DNA of 57,431 nt, filler included, from Diploschistes diacapsis (Eukaryota), in the NCBI GenBank assembly GCA_023645945.1. It is 7 parts of 7 records of this genome, joined end to end, with 100 filler letters (N's around TTAATTAATTAA, not from the genome) between each part and the next. Parts side by side here need not be neighbours in the genome. Positions count along the whole stretch, not along the records: positions 1 to 8,138 come from JALAIB010001190.1; positions 8,239 to 16,376 come from JALAIB010001191.1; 5 more parts are not named here. One strand, given 5' to 3'. Position 1 is the first letter of the stretch; the number at the start of each line of letters is the position of its first letter. The position numbers and the translations under genes are program-made. Under the pieces are notes generated by a model that was not told the DNA's origin, did not search any database, and saw only the letters and a program-made list of their open reading frames with translations. Shown here one piece after another: positions 1-12,086 of this stretch.

Positions 1-1177
1 TTTCTCCCCTCCACCCAAAACTCCTGTAAATGCACCGCGTAAGTCCTATCGTAGTTAGCTCGTGTCTCGGCGCCGAGCGCTGTTTACCTCTTTGGGAAGC
101 ATCTCCGAAAGTGTAGGTGGCGGCGTCCACCTACAGAACCGCAGACGTCGCCTACGCTGCGTAAGTCCTAATGTAGATAAGCGTCGAAGAGAGCCTTCTT
201 CACCGACGCATCCGCAGCGTAGATAAAGAAATAAAATTAATTTTTAAATTTTTATTTTAAGTTTCTAAATGGACTATCCGGCGCCTTTAAAGGCCGCCGG
301 CGACGTGTCTGCCTCTGTAGAGCGTAGGGGACAGGCAACGACGCCTGCCCCTATGTTCCCAGGCCCTTAATTTTGCGATCTAGATGGTGATAAACGCTGG
401 CATAAAATGCCCCAGCGTCCATTACCATCTCCGCATCCTTCTGCCCCTTTCTCCTCCTCCACTCTTTCTAGCGCCTCGCGCGCTTCTTCCAGTATCCCTT
501 CCCTCCTGAAAACATGAAATGGCCATCTTTCAGGCCTTTTTGACTATGTTTAAAAGAGATGGAATTACTAGGAGTATTACATTTTGATACACTACTTAAT
601 TTGGATTGGTTTATTGCCAAGGCCCCAAAAAAGGCGCTAGCTATATCTGGACTGACGCAGCGAGCGCATTGCTAAACCTCTCTATTATCGTGGGTGTGTG
701 ATCTTCCCCCCCATTCATTCCAAGCTTTGGGCTACTACCAATTACTATCCTTCCGTACCTCGTAAATCGTCTCGTAAATCGTATGTATCTCCACCCTCCC
801 TCTTCCGAATCCTTTTCCAACCTGCCAGATGCCTAGCCCGCATGCTGCACCTCAGCCCACGCCTGGCCCTGGTCTCTCCTGCATTTCGCCCCGTCTTTCC
901 GGCTCCAAGAATAATCTCTGTGTTCTCTTATTTTATCTCTCTCTAATTTCTCTGTGCTGAGGTTGTGCGGATATTCTGCGACGACGAAGCCCAGAAGAAG
1001 ATGCCACGCTATCGCTATCGCTATCGCTATCGCTGAAATACATTCGCTTATTGCAACAAGTGTTACGGGCGTTGTTAAGGCCACTTTAGCTTGAAGCTCC
1101 GAGAGACGGACGCTACATATAGACTGGAGTTGATGCTTACACGCGACCTCACCTGACGAGATCATTCACACACAACG

Positions 1178-1988
1178 ATGCCCTCGAGTCTGCTCATGGA
1201 GGTTCGGGCGACTCCGCAGATCGATCCCCTTCCGGTATATACTCGACGCGACCCCGAGACCAGCTCTATTCGCTCATCTGCTCCTTCCTACGTGTCTGAG
1301 GTATGTTAGGGAACCCTCTTCCAGCTTCTCCTGCGAATGATCACTCTAGGCTCCGACCTACCATTCCCAGGTCCCAGCTTCACACCAGAGACTCAACGTC
1401 CGGGGCTCTCGCGCCGTCGGACTCCCTCCTACCACCTACGCTCCAGGATTCCACAGAGCCCCCAGCTACAGCAAGAACGATCTTGCCCATCTCGACTTCA
1501 ACATTAGTGAATGGTCGTCAGCCAAGAGTGGGCCGCAGGCTCGTCACTACCAGAACGTGGCAAACAGGCGAGCTAGACTTGCGTCTGTTGAAGAACAGGC
1601 GCGCCTTACCAACCTTGCTTCCACCATGGCCTTTCCAACACTGGCATCAATGACCACGACGGAAGCCCCGGGTGCGAGCGCCGAAAGCAGTATCTCTGGG
1701 GGCCACCAAGCTTCGGCAAACGTTTCGAGCGCGGAACCTTTGTCTCCACTTGAAGACCCCGAGCTCGTCGGCGTTGCAGCCGCAAATGCTGCAAAGGAGA
1801 GGAGGCTCTACATGACCAGATGCATGAACGGTCGCGAAGCCATGAGGCATGAAGACAAGACTTGGAACTTTATGTTGAGCCAGATGACCGACTGGCATGG
1901 GCGCGAGAGGAGTTGGGAGGGGTTCAAGAGGAATGTGGAGGGCCGGAAGCTGCTTGGGAACAAGTTCTTCCGGCGTCTGTTGCCATAA
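1178..1988 (+). CDS. Conserved fungal hypothetical protein, 2 exons (1178-1300, 1350-1988)
   Basis: ATG at 1178, GTATGT donor at 1301 and TAG acceptor at 1347-1349. Splicing joins exon 1 in frame with ORF 1557-1988 (SIRSSAPSYVSEAPTYHS...ARHYQNVANRR...LEDPELVG...EDKTWNFMLSQMTDW). Confidence 0.7.
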
Positions 1989-2597
1989 TCTCTCTGAGCT
2001 ACGTCCTTTGTGTGTGCTCACGAGCTTTACGCAATTGACGGTATTTCGCTGCATCCCGTACCCCGTTCAGGCCGTACCCAGGGTGTTGGCTTGTGCAGCC
2101 GGTGAAGTTGGAAAGGTGCTTTTCACACGACTCACTCTTGCATATATTCGGGACTGTCTGGACGAGTTGATCCCCAGTACATCCTCTCTCGAATCTAGTC
2201 AAGTAAGATAAGATATTATAGGGTTGTCTATCGATCTTAGCGAGCTCAGATATTCTCCCGCGTTAAAGGGAGGCTCTAGCTTAGATGGCAAAGAGTATTC
2301 AACGATGATCAAAAGATAGATAATTAGTATTTCCTCTTTGGCCCTTTTTATAATTCTGCGGCTGAGCGACGGTTATACACTGTGCAAAGGTTCCCACCCG
2401 ACTATGGTCAAGGTTCTTTTCCCAACGTGACCTGTACGGATTCAGCCGGCAACGTGACCAATTCCTAAGCGAAGCGCAGGATTGAATAATTGAATTTAAA
2501 GTGTTATTATAGAGGTATGTATGCATTGCCTCTATACAGGCCGCGGTGAGGCCAAGCCATTAATGCTTCCGAGTTCACCAAACAACTCTATCCTTGT

Positions 2598-3334
2598 TTA
2601 CTCTGCTTCCTCTTCCCTGCCTTCTCTGGTCTTCTTCTTCTTCTTCTCCCCTCTACTGCTCGCATCCCCTGCCCGTTTTGCCCCAGCTTGTTGTGGCTGA
2701 GCCTGGAAATGTTTCCTCCCAAGATCAAGAACCATCTGCCAGTCCATCCCCCATGAGTCCAACAATGCCTCCATGTAGTCGTCAACAGTCAAATCTTGAA
2801 GCATGACCTCGGTGGCATCACTTTCGCTCTCTTCGTCTGTCCAAAGTGTCAAATCATAGAACTTGGCTAGTGTCTCAATCGTCGCGAGGGCTTTCCGCTT
2901 CATGTATGATTCTAAAAAGGTATGTTAATAAGATTGCTTAGGACTGCAAATTGAATTTCTATTAAATAAGAAGCGAAGGAGCCTTTTCTATACAGACGGA
3001 GAAATAAAAAGAGTATAAATAACAATAAAAGAATGGGTTTCAAATACATACTCTGTTCGTTTGACGTTCCGCTTGATTCAAATATACCCTTTGCTCGCTG
3101 ACCCAGGACATATATATTCTTCATATGTTTAGGTACTTGAGGATGAGAAGTCCACGCGAACTTGTTGGGATCAGCAGTAGGCTTAAGAACTTTAATAAGA
3201 TTAATAGGCTGATGCATTCGACGAAGGCGGCCATTTCTTGTGATTGCTGCAGCGTTCTCAAGCTGGACTTTAATATCCGAAATCTTATTATCTTGTTTGT
3301 CGAAGCGACGGTCGATCCTCTCAATCTTGCATCC
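2598..3334 (-). pseudogene. 5'-truncated gene fragment for an uncharacterised protein with a predicted coiled coil; intron about 2912-3051
   Basis: Stop-free frame KIERIDRRFDKQDNKISDIKVQLENAAAITRNGRLRRMHQPINLIKVL..., GTATGT donor at 3051, acceptor at 2912-2913, then joins ORF 2598-2903. It has no start of its own and begins at the junction with the GH27 relic. Confidence 0.5.
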
Positions 3335-4121
3335 ACTAAAGACATCGGCCGTGCCCCAAATACAGAGCGAAAGAAGGATCTCTGGATCTTACGTAGTGAG
3401 GGAATCGCGCATATGGTTGAAGCGAATGGCGGAGTTAGAGGTGGTCCAATTATAGCCTAGGGGTATAAGGTTAGGACCAAGTTGAGTATTACAGATACCG
3501 GTCGAAGTGGTCTTGACGAAGTCTGGATCGCAGGATACTGTTCGGGGGGTCAACTGCTGTCTTTGTTGAGCAGCCATTCGCTGACTTACCATACTAGTCC
3601 GTCTAATTGCTAGGTATATTGCAGCTTTGTCCGTCAGCAATGAAGACAAAAAACGATGAGGGTGGAGGGTTTTATTTTATTTATCGTATTTTAGATAGTC
3701 GATGTCCCAGCTAGCGAAATCGGCATTATCAGTTTTCTCGTATTCCAATGAAGCGGGATAACCAGCGCATGTCAGGGTGCCTGCCGTGCTGTAGATGCAA
3801 GACTTGAGATTTATGGCTTTCGTCTTGGAAGGCAGTGAAGTTCGGGCTGATATGGCCATCGATTCTGCCAGTATGATTCGACCAGCAGCTGTCGATGTTG
3901 ACATAGTTGCACCCGACGGCTTGAAGTCCTACAGAAGCTATTACTTGAGCCGCTTGCAGGATCTTCTACTGATCGATGTCGCAGTGGTAGGCGTTCCACG
4001 AGCTCCATCCGAGGGTCGGTAACTTGCTGTTGGATCCGCCAGGCTCAACAATAGCCTAAGTAGAAATTGCTGAGAGGATGAGGGCTGCCGATTTGGTGGC
4101 TAGGAAAGTTGCGCCGACCAT
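3335..4121 (-). pseudogene. GH27 alpha-galactosidase pseudogene (N-terminal half only)
   Basis: Manual translation gives a signal peptide from ATG 4121, then [62 protein letters not shown] and LSLCIWGTADVFS, all typical of fungal GH27. Lesions: premature stops at 4056-4058, 3966-3968, 3603-3605, 3594-3596 and 3389-3391; a deletion/frameshift near 3820; intron 3625-3680 with an AT donor in place of GT. Intron 3538-3589 is intact. Confidence 0.9.
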
Positions 4122-7100
4122 TTTGACAGTCCTTGAGCCCGTCTAAGAACCAGACTGTAAAGAGAACGAGAATCGCAGAAACAGAATGCAAGGACTCCAA
4201 TCATCTTAAACTGCGTGTAGTCGCCTTCGTCCGAACCTGCAGTCGATCTTCCTGCAGTGATCATCAGGGAACGCATGATTTAAAAATTTCTTGTTTTCAA
4301 TACAATGCTCGCTTTCAGAAGAATGCACTATAGGCTTAGCTTTTGAAAAATTCTAGTTCGACAATATCCATATGATCAATACTCATACTCAAGAACGTAC
4401 TCGGGCACTTTGGTTGAAGACAAGGCCATAATTGGATGACTAAGCACCATGATTCCCGTTTTCCAGGTTTTTGGCCGAGAAATCACATCAAGTTACCTCA
4501 ATAAATGCCATTCTGCCTCAGCCGACCAAGGCCTCTCTCTCTCTATATATGGTTAATAAGTAAAGATCCAAGGTCATGGCGGTACTCCAAGTCATTGACT
4601 ACCTTGAGTTTTAAGCTTCAATAATATGATTCTGCATCCCAGAACCACGACTCAATCGACATATTAAACTTCGCCGTCAGGATCATGGCGCCGCATCAGG
4701 GGTTTAGCTGCATCATATTCTCAGCTTGAGATAGTCATGGAGCCTACTTTACGGTTACAATAATAAACCAAACGCTAATCGGCACGGGACATATTCTACC
4801 ACAGCTAGAACTAAGTGTCTCAATGCTTATTCCTGTATCGATGCTGTTTGCTGAGCATCTGTACATCACGCTCTAGTCTATCCAACTCTTACCTTTATCA
4901 CAGATTATCTGAGAGCTTTGAACCGAGTGCCATGCGTCCTTGCAATTGTTCCCTGACCGCTGTGTCCGAACATCTCCTTTCCCTACCACAGGATGCAAAA
5001 CCGCCACAGTACCTACATCTGCAAGAATAAACGAAAGGTAAATCCGCTATACTCTGATATTAGCATTAGGCGAGTCATTTGGATTGCTAATGACCTACCT
5101 AGGACCCTTTTAACTATTCACTGCTTTTACTCCCGGCTACTTCTGCCTGAACTCATTGTCGTCCTCTTCCCCTGACGAGGTGTAAGTATACCTCTGCTCT
5201 TCCCTAAGCAGCCTTATCGGCAAGCGCGTCTTATGGGTGCTTTTGGTTGAGGTGGGGCATGCAATACCTTGCCGTTGATCGCATCCGTGGCGCCGCAAAC
5301 TTTCACGGATAAAGCCCTGGTTATCGCGCGGGTAAAGGTGCGAGGGGAAGGTCGCCCCCTTGATACACGACACCGCGCGAAGCTGGAATCCGAGAGTTAG
5401 GCCTACCGGTGATGTTGTGAGGTGTGAAGGCAATAGATGGAGTCTGGAATGAGGCATACCGTTGTTGAGCCGGAGTAGCAAACCCTGGAATGTGCCGTCT
5501 GGTAGGAGATCTGCCAGCTTCAGAAACAAGAGTACGCCGCTGGCTTTGCGTAGAGTCAGCGGATGTCGTGTCCAGACCAGCCGTGGTATGATTACCAGAG
5601 TCTTGCTCATCACCATTGTCCCGACTTGCAAACTGATCACTCGATCCGGGCCCATTTCCTTCCTTATCTGGATATACTGGTATATAAGACAATGACTCGA
5701 GGAATGCGACGTCTGCCTCGATGTTCATCCACTACCAGCGTGCGAATACATTGCCTGAGCGTGCCAATACCTCATGAGTGAGGGACCAGCCGGATTCGCC
5801 TGACTGGCTAGTGTCGGGGTCTGCTCAACGGCTGGTAAAGCGCTCACGTCTCGGCTACAAGTTTGTAAAGGCGCGTCTTACCTTGGGCTTTGTGAGCCGG
5901 TTCTACTTGAGGGCTTGCCCTTGGAGTTGCACTCCTTCCAGTAGCTCTCCCCACACTGTTACTCTGAACCCGAACAGGGCTAGCTATCCTATTGTCACGT
6001 CCTTGAAAAGAACTCGAAGATCGTTGTCAAAAGAGAGCTGGTTTTCTTGTTGACAAACTGCTACCTAAGAGTGTTGTTTGGTTGCCTGTGATTCCGTCTG
6101 GCCTCGAGTTCCTGTGGCATATTAACATTATACAGGTCAAAACATCTGGCTCGGGACTTACGTATGGAGCTCGACATGATGATAATTCTTTGAAGCTTCT
6201 CTTGATTAGTTGATTAGGACAAGCTTACCAGATAAAGCCACCTACTGAATCCTCGATAGTCGAACTGATGATCAAGAGTCTGTAGCAAGCAGGCAGAGAC
6301 ATTGTTCCTCTAAAGTTTGGTCCGACGTATCATAATTCAAACATGGACGGTGCCCACACCCCGTCCAAAAGACGTATAGATGTTCAAATGTCCACGGCCC
6401 CGGACTAGGGAGCTGTCGCACATATTTCCGCTTTAGGCGCTCATAAGGCAACCCCTTTTTCCACTGCAGATGATCATATATATTCCATTCATTCCCAGTG
6501 TTGACGGAACATATTAACAGCTGACGATGAGATGCTCTCTTCTAACAACATGTGCGCTTCTGTTCCGCTCTATAATGCGTATGTCCTATATGAGGTGTTG
6601 TTAGCTGTGCTGTTTGGAAAGTCTGCCTATGTACGTTGTGTTCTCGAGGCAGGCATTCTTTCGCAATTTGCTTTTGCTTTTGGCCAGTCCCTATCACATT
6701 CCTATCGTTTGTTAAAAATTCCTTGAGCTAGCCGCAATTTCTGGAAAGGTCTGTCCGGTAGAACCGTCTGTTGGACACGCCTCTCGCGTGATTCAGCTCA
6801 GCTGATCAACCTCACCAGATTTCATTGTGGTGACGATCTTTAAGAGTACCCTTCTTCACTATCCCGCTTCCATTTGATGGCTGCGACCTCTTATAAACTC
6901 CCTACTTGGCATGTGCCTCCAACTCTAAGTCAAAAACGCCCTGGGGTATGATACAAGCTTGTTCACCGGTCAAACGTCAAGAGCGTGATTGTCACCTCTG
7001 TTGAGTTTCAAGCGTTGCAGGCAAGCTCATGGAACCCGTGTGTGTTTGGATTATCCTCAGGTGGGATTTGCTGCACCTTACGCTCTCCTTTTATACCCAA

Positions 7101-8138
7101 ACGCCTTGCCGACTCCGTCGGAAAGCTTGAAAGAGTCTCTTTGTCTCCTGGAACCACTTGCATCAGGTAGAAATGAACGCACAGACGGGTGAGCTCCTGG
7201 GTCAAAGTTTGACGTCTGACTGGCCATGCACGAATCACTTGCAGCGATATAGCTAATGCTTTGAGCCAAGGGGCACGTAGATGAGTGACCTTCCCAGTTG
7301 AAGTCCTACTGGCCATCCACAAAACCACTTACAGCCATGTAAGTAAGGCTGTGTAATCGGGGAGCTTTGCCGTCTATAAAGAGGTTAATGAAAGTAACAA
7401 TTCAGGGACGCTGGCAAACCTCAACAGCAACTACGTTGCAAAAAAAAAAAAAGGATTGGTTCAAGGGATACAAATTCTTTGATCAAGGGTCATATATTTT
7501 TTTGGAATTTCACCTATGCGCTATTATGTACAAGAGCATGTTGAACGGTTACCCATAAGCATGGACAGAACGTCTCGCGGAAATTGCAGCAAGAAAAGTG
7601 GTACAGGAAGGCCAGGGGCTTCTTGAAGTAGACAGCAGCCGAAGAATGGGCTTCTGGTCCAAGCTCCTCATGACTGGATTGCTTCGCATGGTGAATTTGG
7701 TTTCTATCTAGATAATCTAACCGCGCTCATCCGCTAGGATAACTCTTCCGTCCATCCATCGTGCCATCTCCGAAGCCCATTACCTGAGGAATGACGCTAT
7801 CAAACATAGTCCAGTGAATCCACAGCCCATCCTGAGTTGCGAGCGACTCCTCTCCGGCGTTATTCACGGGCGTGTCCTCCATAGAGAAGCGTACAATGGC
7901 TCGGGCCCAATCTTCGTCAGAAGACGCCGAACACGGCAGCTGCTTCAAAAAAAGTACCTCGCAAGGTCCGGTTCAAGACCAAAAACAAAAAAACCAGCAA
8001 ACGCCATGCCCGTCATTAAAGCAGCTCAAGCCAAGCTGCGGCCCAATTCTCTATGCCATTTATTAACCTCCCCCATCCCCTCGTCGTAGCCATCGTAGGC
8101 CCCTACTGCTCCTCCTCCGCCTCCTCCTCCTCCTCCTC

Positions 8139-8238
8139 NNNNNNNNNNNNNNNNNNNNNNNNNNNNNNNNNNNNNNNNNNNNTTAATTAATTAANNNNNN
8201 NNNNNNNNNNNNNNNNNNNNNNNNNNNNNNNNNNNNNN
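8139..8238. other. Artificial contig spacer N44-TTAATTAATTAA-N44
   Basis: 100-bp spacer with stop codons in all six frames; repeated identically six times in the window. Confidence 0.98.
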
Positions 8239-8576
8239 CCTTGGCCCCCCCACCCCCCCCCCTTATCCTACCGCTGGAAGGCTTTGATCTTAACCTACTA
8301 ATAGAGAGGTTCAGCACCCTTGTAAATGCCTTAGTAGCGTCACCGTCGACCCACCTAAGCTAGTGTTCCCAAAGTAAAGAGAACATAATTATCGCATTCA
8401 TAACCGCGATTTTTGATGGGGACCATTTTTAAATGTTAATTCAAGAAATCTTAGAATAATCTTTTATATCTGGGGCGTTCTTAAAGTTCTTTATAATGCT
8501 TTAAAGTTTCCATTTGGCACATTGCTAAGGAAAATATTTGGGTATGAAGTTGATCGATTTTGATGAGGATTGAAAA

Positions 8577-8606
8577 GGACCTAACTACTTTTGGCACCTG
8601 ACTGTA
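8577..8606. mobile_element. Solo Tc1/mariner-type terminal inverted repeat with TA target dinucleotide, ending an AT-rich relic (about 8239-8604)
   Basis: The reverse complement TA-CAGTCAGGTGCCAAAAGTAGTTAGGTCC closely matches the right TIR of the Tc1 element at 44117-44144 (CAGTCACGTGCCAAAAGTAATGGTCCCT). Confidence 0.65.
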
Positions 8607-8717
8607 TAATCCGAATTTGAGTCCTAAAGGACTGGCTAGCTCCATATCCTCCTTCCTCCCCCTTTCAAGCCATTTTCGAGCGGGTAGCGATGCGTAGATT
8701 ATTTGTCTGCAGCTGCG

Positions 8718-8783
8718 TCAAACCACGGATTTATAAGCTCAAACCACAGGATTTGTAAGCTCGAACCACGGATTTATAAGCTC
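8718..8783 (+). repeat. Three tandem copies of a 21-22 bp unit (TCAAACCACGGATTTATAAGC)
   Basis: Units at 8718-8738, 8739-8760 and 8761-8781, head to tail with no spacers. Confidence 0.85.
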
Positions 8784-9532
8784 CGAATAGGCTGTATCAA
8801 AGCGAGAACTTGCTATCCGCCTGATTCATATACCAGAAATCTCTGGCTTACGCTGCTTGAAACGTATATTCCACTTGTGGCCGATTGAGAGCAAAGTCCT
8901 AGTATTCCAGGCGTACAAAGGTTGTAACAGTGGAGGTTAGTGCCTCATAGGTAGCAACTATCCCACTGAGCTAAAGAACTAACCACAATGCTTCCAGAAG
9001 CATGTGGCCCTATTAAACTATATACAGGTGCGTAGCTGTGGCAGCAGGGGGACGTGTACCGTGCAGGCGTCACATATTTAGAAAGAATACGATTAATTTT
9101 AGATTTGTACGTTTTCAAACACCCTCGTCACCGTCGCCGTTTATACTGCCATTGTTACCGATCAATTCAATTGCCGACGAGCTTATAAAGCGTACGCGTA
9201 CCCAGCGTATTTAGTATATTAATAAATCAAAAGCGGTATCGAGGGTCTACTATAAAGGTAACAGCAAGGGTTTACATCATAGCGAAGTGTTAAAATTGAT
9301 TAAACCACTAGCGCCAATCTAACAATTACTATACCTCCTATAGTAAGTACTACACACACTAGACGGAGAAACACCTTAACTCCGTATCCCGAGATGAAGC
9401 GCGATATCCCCGGGAAACGCAGCCTTCAGCTTGTAGCTGCGTCTGCTCGCCTTTAACATTCCTTTCTCATCTTTTTCCTCTTGACTCACTCATTTGAAAG
9501 CTACTTCTCGTTCTACCTTCATCTTTTGCACT

Positions 9533-10132
9533 ATGCCCGTAAACTCCAGCGTCGACCGTGCTCTCGCGGCCATCGAGAAGGATCCCTCCAAGCTACTCGA
9601 GGTCCACGTTGGCGGCAATCCCATTACAAAGGCTCAATATATTCCCCGTGCCGGTAAGACTCACCACAGCCTCCTAACTGCCTACTACCAGGTCACCTTC
9701 ACCCGGGGCTGATAACTCCGACCCATAGAGGCCCAGCAGGCACCGAAAATCGTCTACACAGCTGCCGACCCCTCCCTCACCTACATGGTCGTCGCCCTCG
9801 ACCTCGACGCCCCCTTCACCTGGTGGAGGGGACTCGGCCCCATTCTGCACTGGATTCAGCCTGGCTATAAAGCTGGTGCCGGCGGTGTTTTGACCTCTTC
9901 TGAGCCCTTTGTCGCCAACTACATCGGCCCCGCGCCTCCACCAGGCAGCGCTCCTCATCGTTACAGCTTCTACGTCTTCAACCAGCCGGTCGACTTCGAC
10001 GGTTCCAAGCACGCCCCAGCCGATGGCAAGCCTCTTGGCAATATGCACCGCATGCGTTTCGACCTTGATGAGTGGATCAAGAAAGCAAAGCTCGCCGACC
10101 CTCTTGCCGCCAATTACTTCCTGAGCAACTAG
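9533..10132 (+). CDS. Phosphatidylethanolamine-binding protein (PEBP/TFS1-like), 2 exons (9533-9653, 9729-10132)
   Basis: Motifs DLDAP, ILHWIQ and YIGPAPPPGSAPHRYSFYVF; a GTAAG...AG intron restores the frame. Confidence 0.9.
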
Positions 10133-11060
10133 CTTGGCCAACGGCCATCTACTAGGTCCTATTCTTGTTATCGCTACGAGCTCTACTACATATATTCCTT
10201 AATCAATACTTAATTCTGCACGTGTGCCAGTGTGTGTATCTTGCTCACATAGTCTTATTGGGCCACACACAGTACCAAAGATCTGAGACATGGGTCACTT
10301 CGGCTCACAGGGCAATCTCTTCCCTCCACATGAGTCATGATCACGCTACTGTGTTGGTTCTTCGCTAAGTCATTTCCCATCGTTCCTGAAGTTGAACTGA
10401 TTTGACAAGAATACATCAAGTGTAAGACCAACTTTGTTGGCACGCTTTCTGCACCTTTCCGACCCTAAATTGTCACCTTGGCTCGTATCAGCCCTGGACA
10501 GTGCCTCTTCCTCTGTCTTTCCGGTACGCCGTCCTTTAATTAGCCATCGCCCTGCGCGCCAGGCAAGCCTTCTTCGTCTGGCTGCCTGACAACCAGCTTC
10601 TATCAGTGGTGCCTGATACTTAATTAGATGGAGCAATCAAGGCCTGTGGTGTTGGGTCCATCCGGCAGTATCTTTGGCTTGTCATCAACACTTCAGGCCG
10701 TCCCTGATTCCGTTTGGCTCACGCTTCATGAAGCGGACTTCAAAGCGCCCGCCGCAACGTATTTTTAAATGTGCCGACCTGACCAAGCTGCTGATCTGAC
10801 CCAGGGCCTGCCGTCTAGAAACGATGAAAAGGCTGAAGAGCAGGAGCATGGTATCCCAGGTATCAACACAGCCCAGCGAGACCGAGGCGCTGCGATGGGA
10901 TGTTCTCGCGAAGGGCAGCTGAATCCTTTATAAACAGCATGTCTGCACTGTTATCAAATACCCGGCTCATCTCCAACCAAGACAGCGAGCGCCTCCTCCA
11001 TTCCAGGTACCAGATCTTCTCCGGCCAAGACAGCGCCTCCTTCATCCTAAAACAAGCAAG

Positions 11061-12086
11061 ATGCGTTTCTTCCCCATCGCTGGTGTATTCGCCTCAATCC
11101 TCCTCACTATTTCAGCTTCTCCCCTTGGGACCTCCCAACGCGACGACGCCACCACCGATGCAACTACAGCCATCTCCTCTTCTACAGTGATCCAAACCTC
11201 AAATGGCACCTGGCTCGAAAACATTGCGCGCACCTCGACCGGCGGCATCCTCCTCTCCGAACTCAACCCATCACCCGCTCTCCTCTATGTCGCCAATCCC
11301 ACCGGTCCCTCGCCATCTGCCGCAACGATCCACACCTTCGACGCGCCTGCAACAGGAGTCGCCGGTATCGGCCAACTGGGCACCGACGTCTTCTACGTCG
11401 CAACGCTAAACTACTCTTTCACAACTTTCTCTCCAGTCCCCGAAACGGCGCAACTCTGGAAGGTTGATCTCAGCGAAAGCACCTCGAACCCACCCACGAC
11501 ACTCGTCGCCAGCCTTCCTCAAATCCAATTCATCAACGGCGTGACCGGTGTCCCCGGCACAACCAAAGTGCTCATCGCCGATTACGGCGCCGGCGAGGTC
11601 TACCGCCTAGACGTCGAGACTGGCAGCGCAGACGTTGCACTGAACAGTCCCGCCGTGAACGTCCCCTCCGGCGCCACGGGCGGTGTCAACGGCGTCCACG
11701 CGCCGGGCGACGGATACCTGTACTTCTCCAACTCCGGACTCAGCACCATTGGCAAAGTAGCCATCGACTCCACAACCGCGCTACCGACCGGCAACCCGCG
11801 GCAGCTCTGGACAAACACAACGGTTACTCCAGATGACTTTGCGCTACTACCTTCGAGCGGCAGTCCCAGCGGAGCGGTGGTGGCTGATAGCGCGAACAAC
11901 AGGGTCGTGAACGTCCGCTTTTCGGGCTCGAATAGCTTTACAACGCTTGCCAACATTGGAGGACCGACGTCGGGCGTCTTTGCTGATGCGACAACGTTGT
12001 TTGTGGCCAGTAGTGGTGGCGACAACTTATATGCGCAGGACCCGATTCCAGTTGGGGGGGCGCTAACGGAGATCACTTTGAGTTAG
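11061..12086 (+). CDS. Secreted beta-propeller protein (SMP-30/gluconolactonase/TolB-like fold), intronless
   Basis: Hydrophobic signal peptide; repeated blade-like motifs WLENIA, FINGVT, VLIADYGAGEVYRLD, GVNGV..YLYFSNS, PDDFAL and GPTS. Confidence 0.8.
   Translation: MRFFPIAGVFASILLTISASPLGTSQRDDATTDATTAISSSTVIQTSNGTWLENIARTSTGGILLSELNPSPALLYVANPTGPSPSAATIHTFDAPATGVAGIGQLGTDVFYVATLNYSFTTFSPVPETAQLWKVDLSESTSNPPTTLVASLPQIQFINGVTGVPGTTKVLIADYGAGEVYRLDVETGSADVALNSPAVNVPSGATGGVNGVHAPGDGYLYFSNSGLSTIGKVAIDSTTALPTGNPRQLWTNTTVTPDDFALLPSSGSPSGAVVADSANNRVVNVRFSGSNSFTTLANIGGPTSGVFADATTLFVASSGGDNLYAQDPIPVGGALTEITLS

Noticed and set aside
1..600. Degenerate repeat-like DNA with duplicated GCGTAAGTCCTA and an AT patch
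   Set aside because: Probably a transposon relic, but there are no termini or protein motifs to support a call.
1008..1034. (GCTATC)4 repeat producing AIAIAIA in an antisense ORF
   Set aside because: Simple microsatellite upstream of the 1178 gene; the ORF has no other support.
7727..8138. Minus-strand ORF end at the contig edge
   Set aside because: No recognisable motif, an in-frame stop lies upstream, and the rest is lost in the gap.
8183..8194. TTAATTAATTAA palindrome recurring about every 8.2 kb
   Set aside because: Synthetic six-frame-stop linker inside N runs; the periodicity reflects length sorting of contigs.
8718..8783. CRISPR-like direct repeats
   Set aside because: Head-to-tail units with no spacers, no cas genes, and a eukaryotic context.
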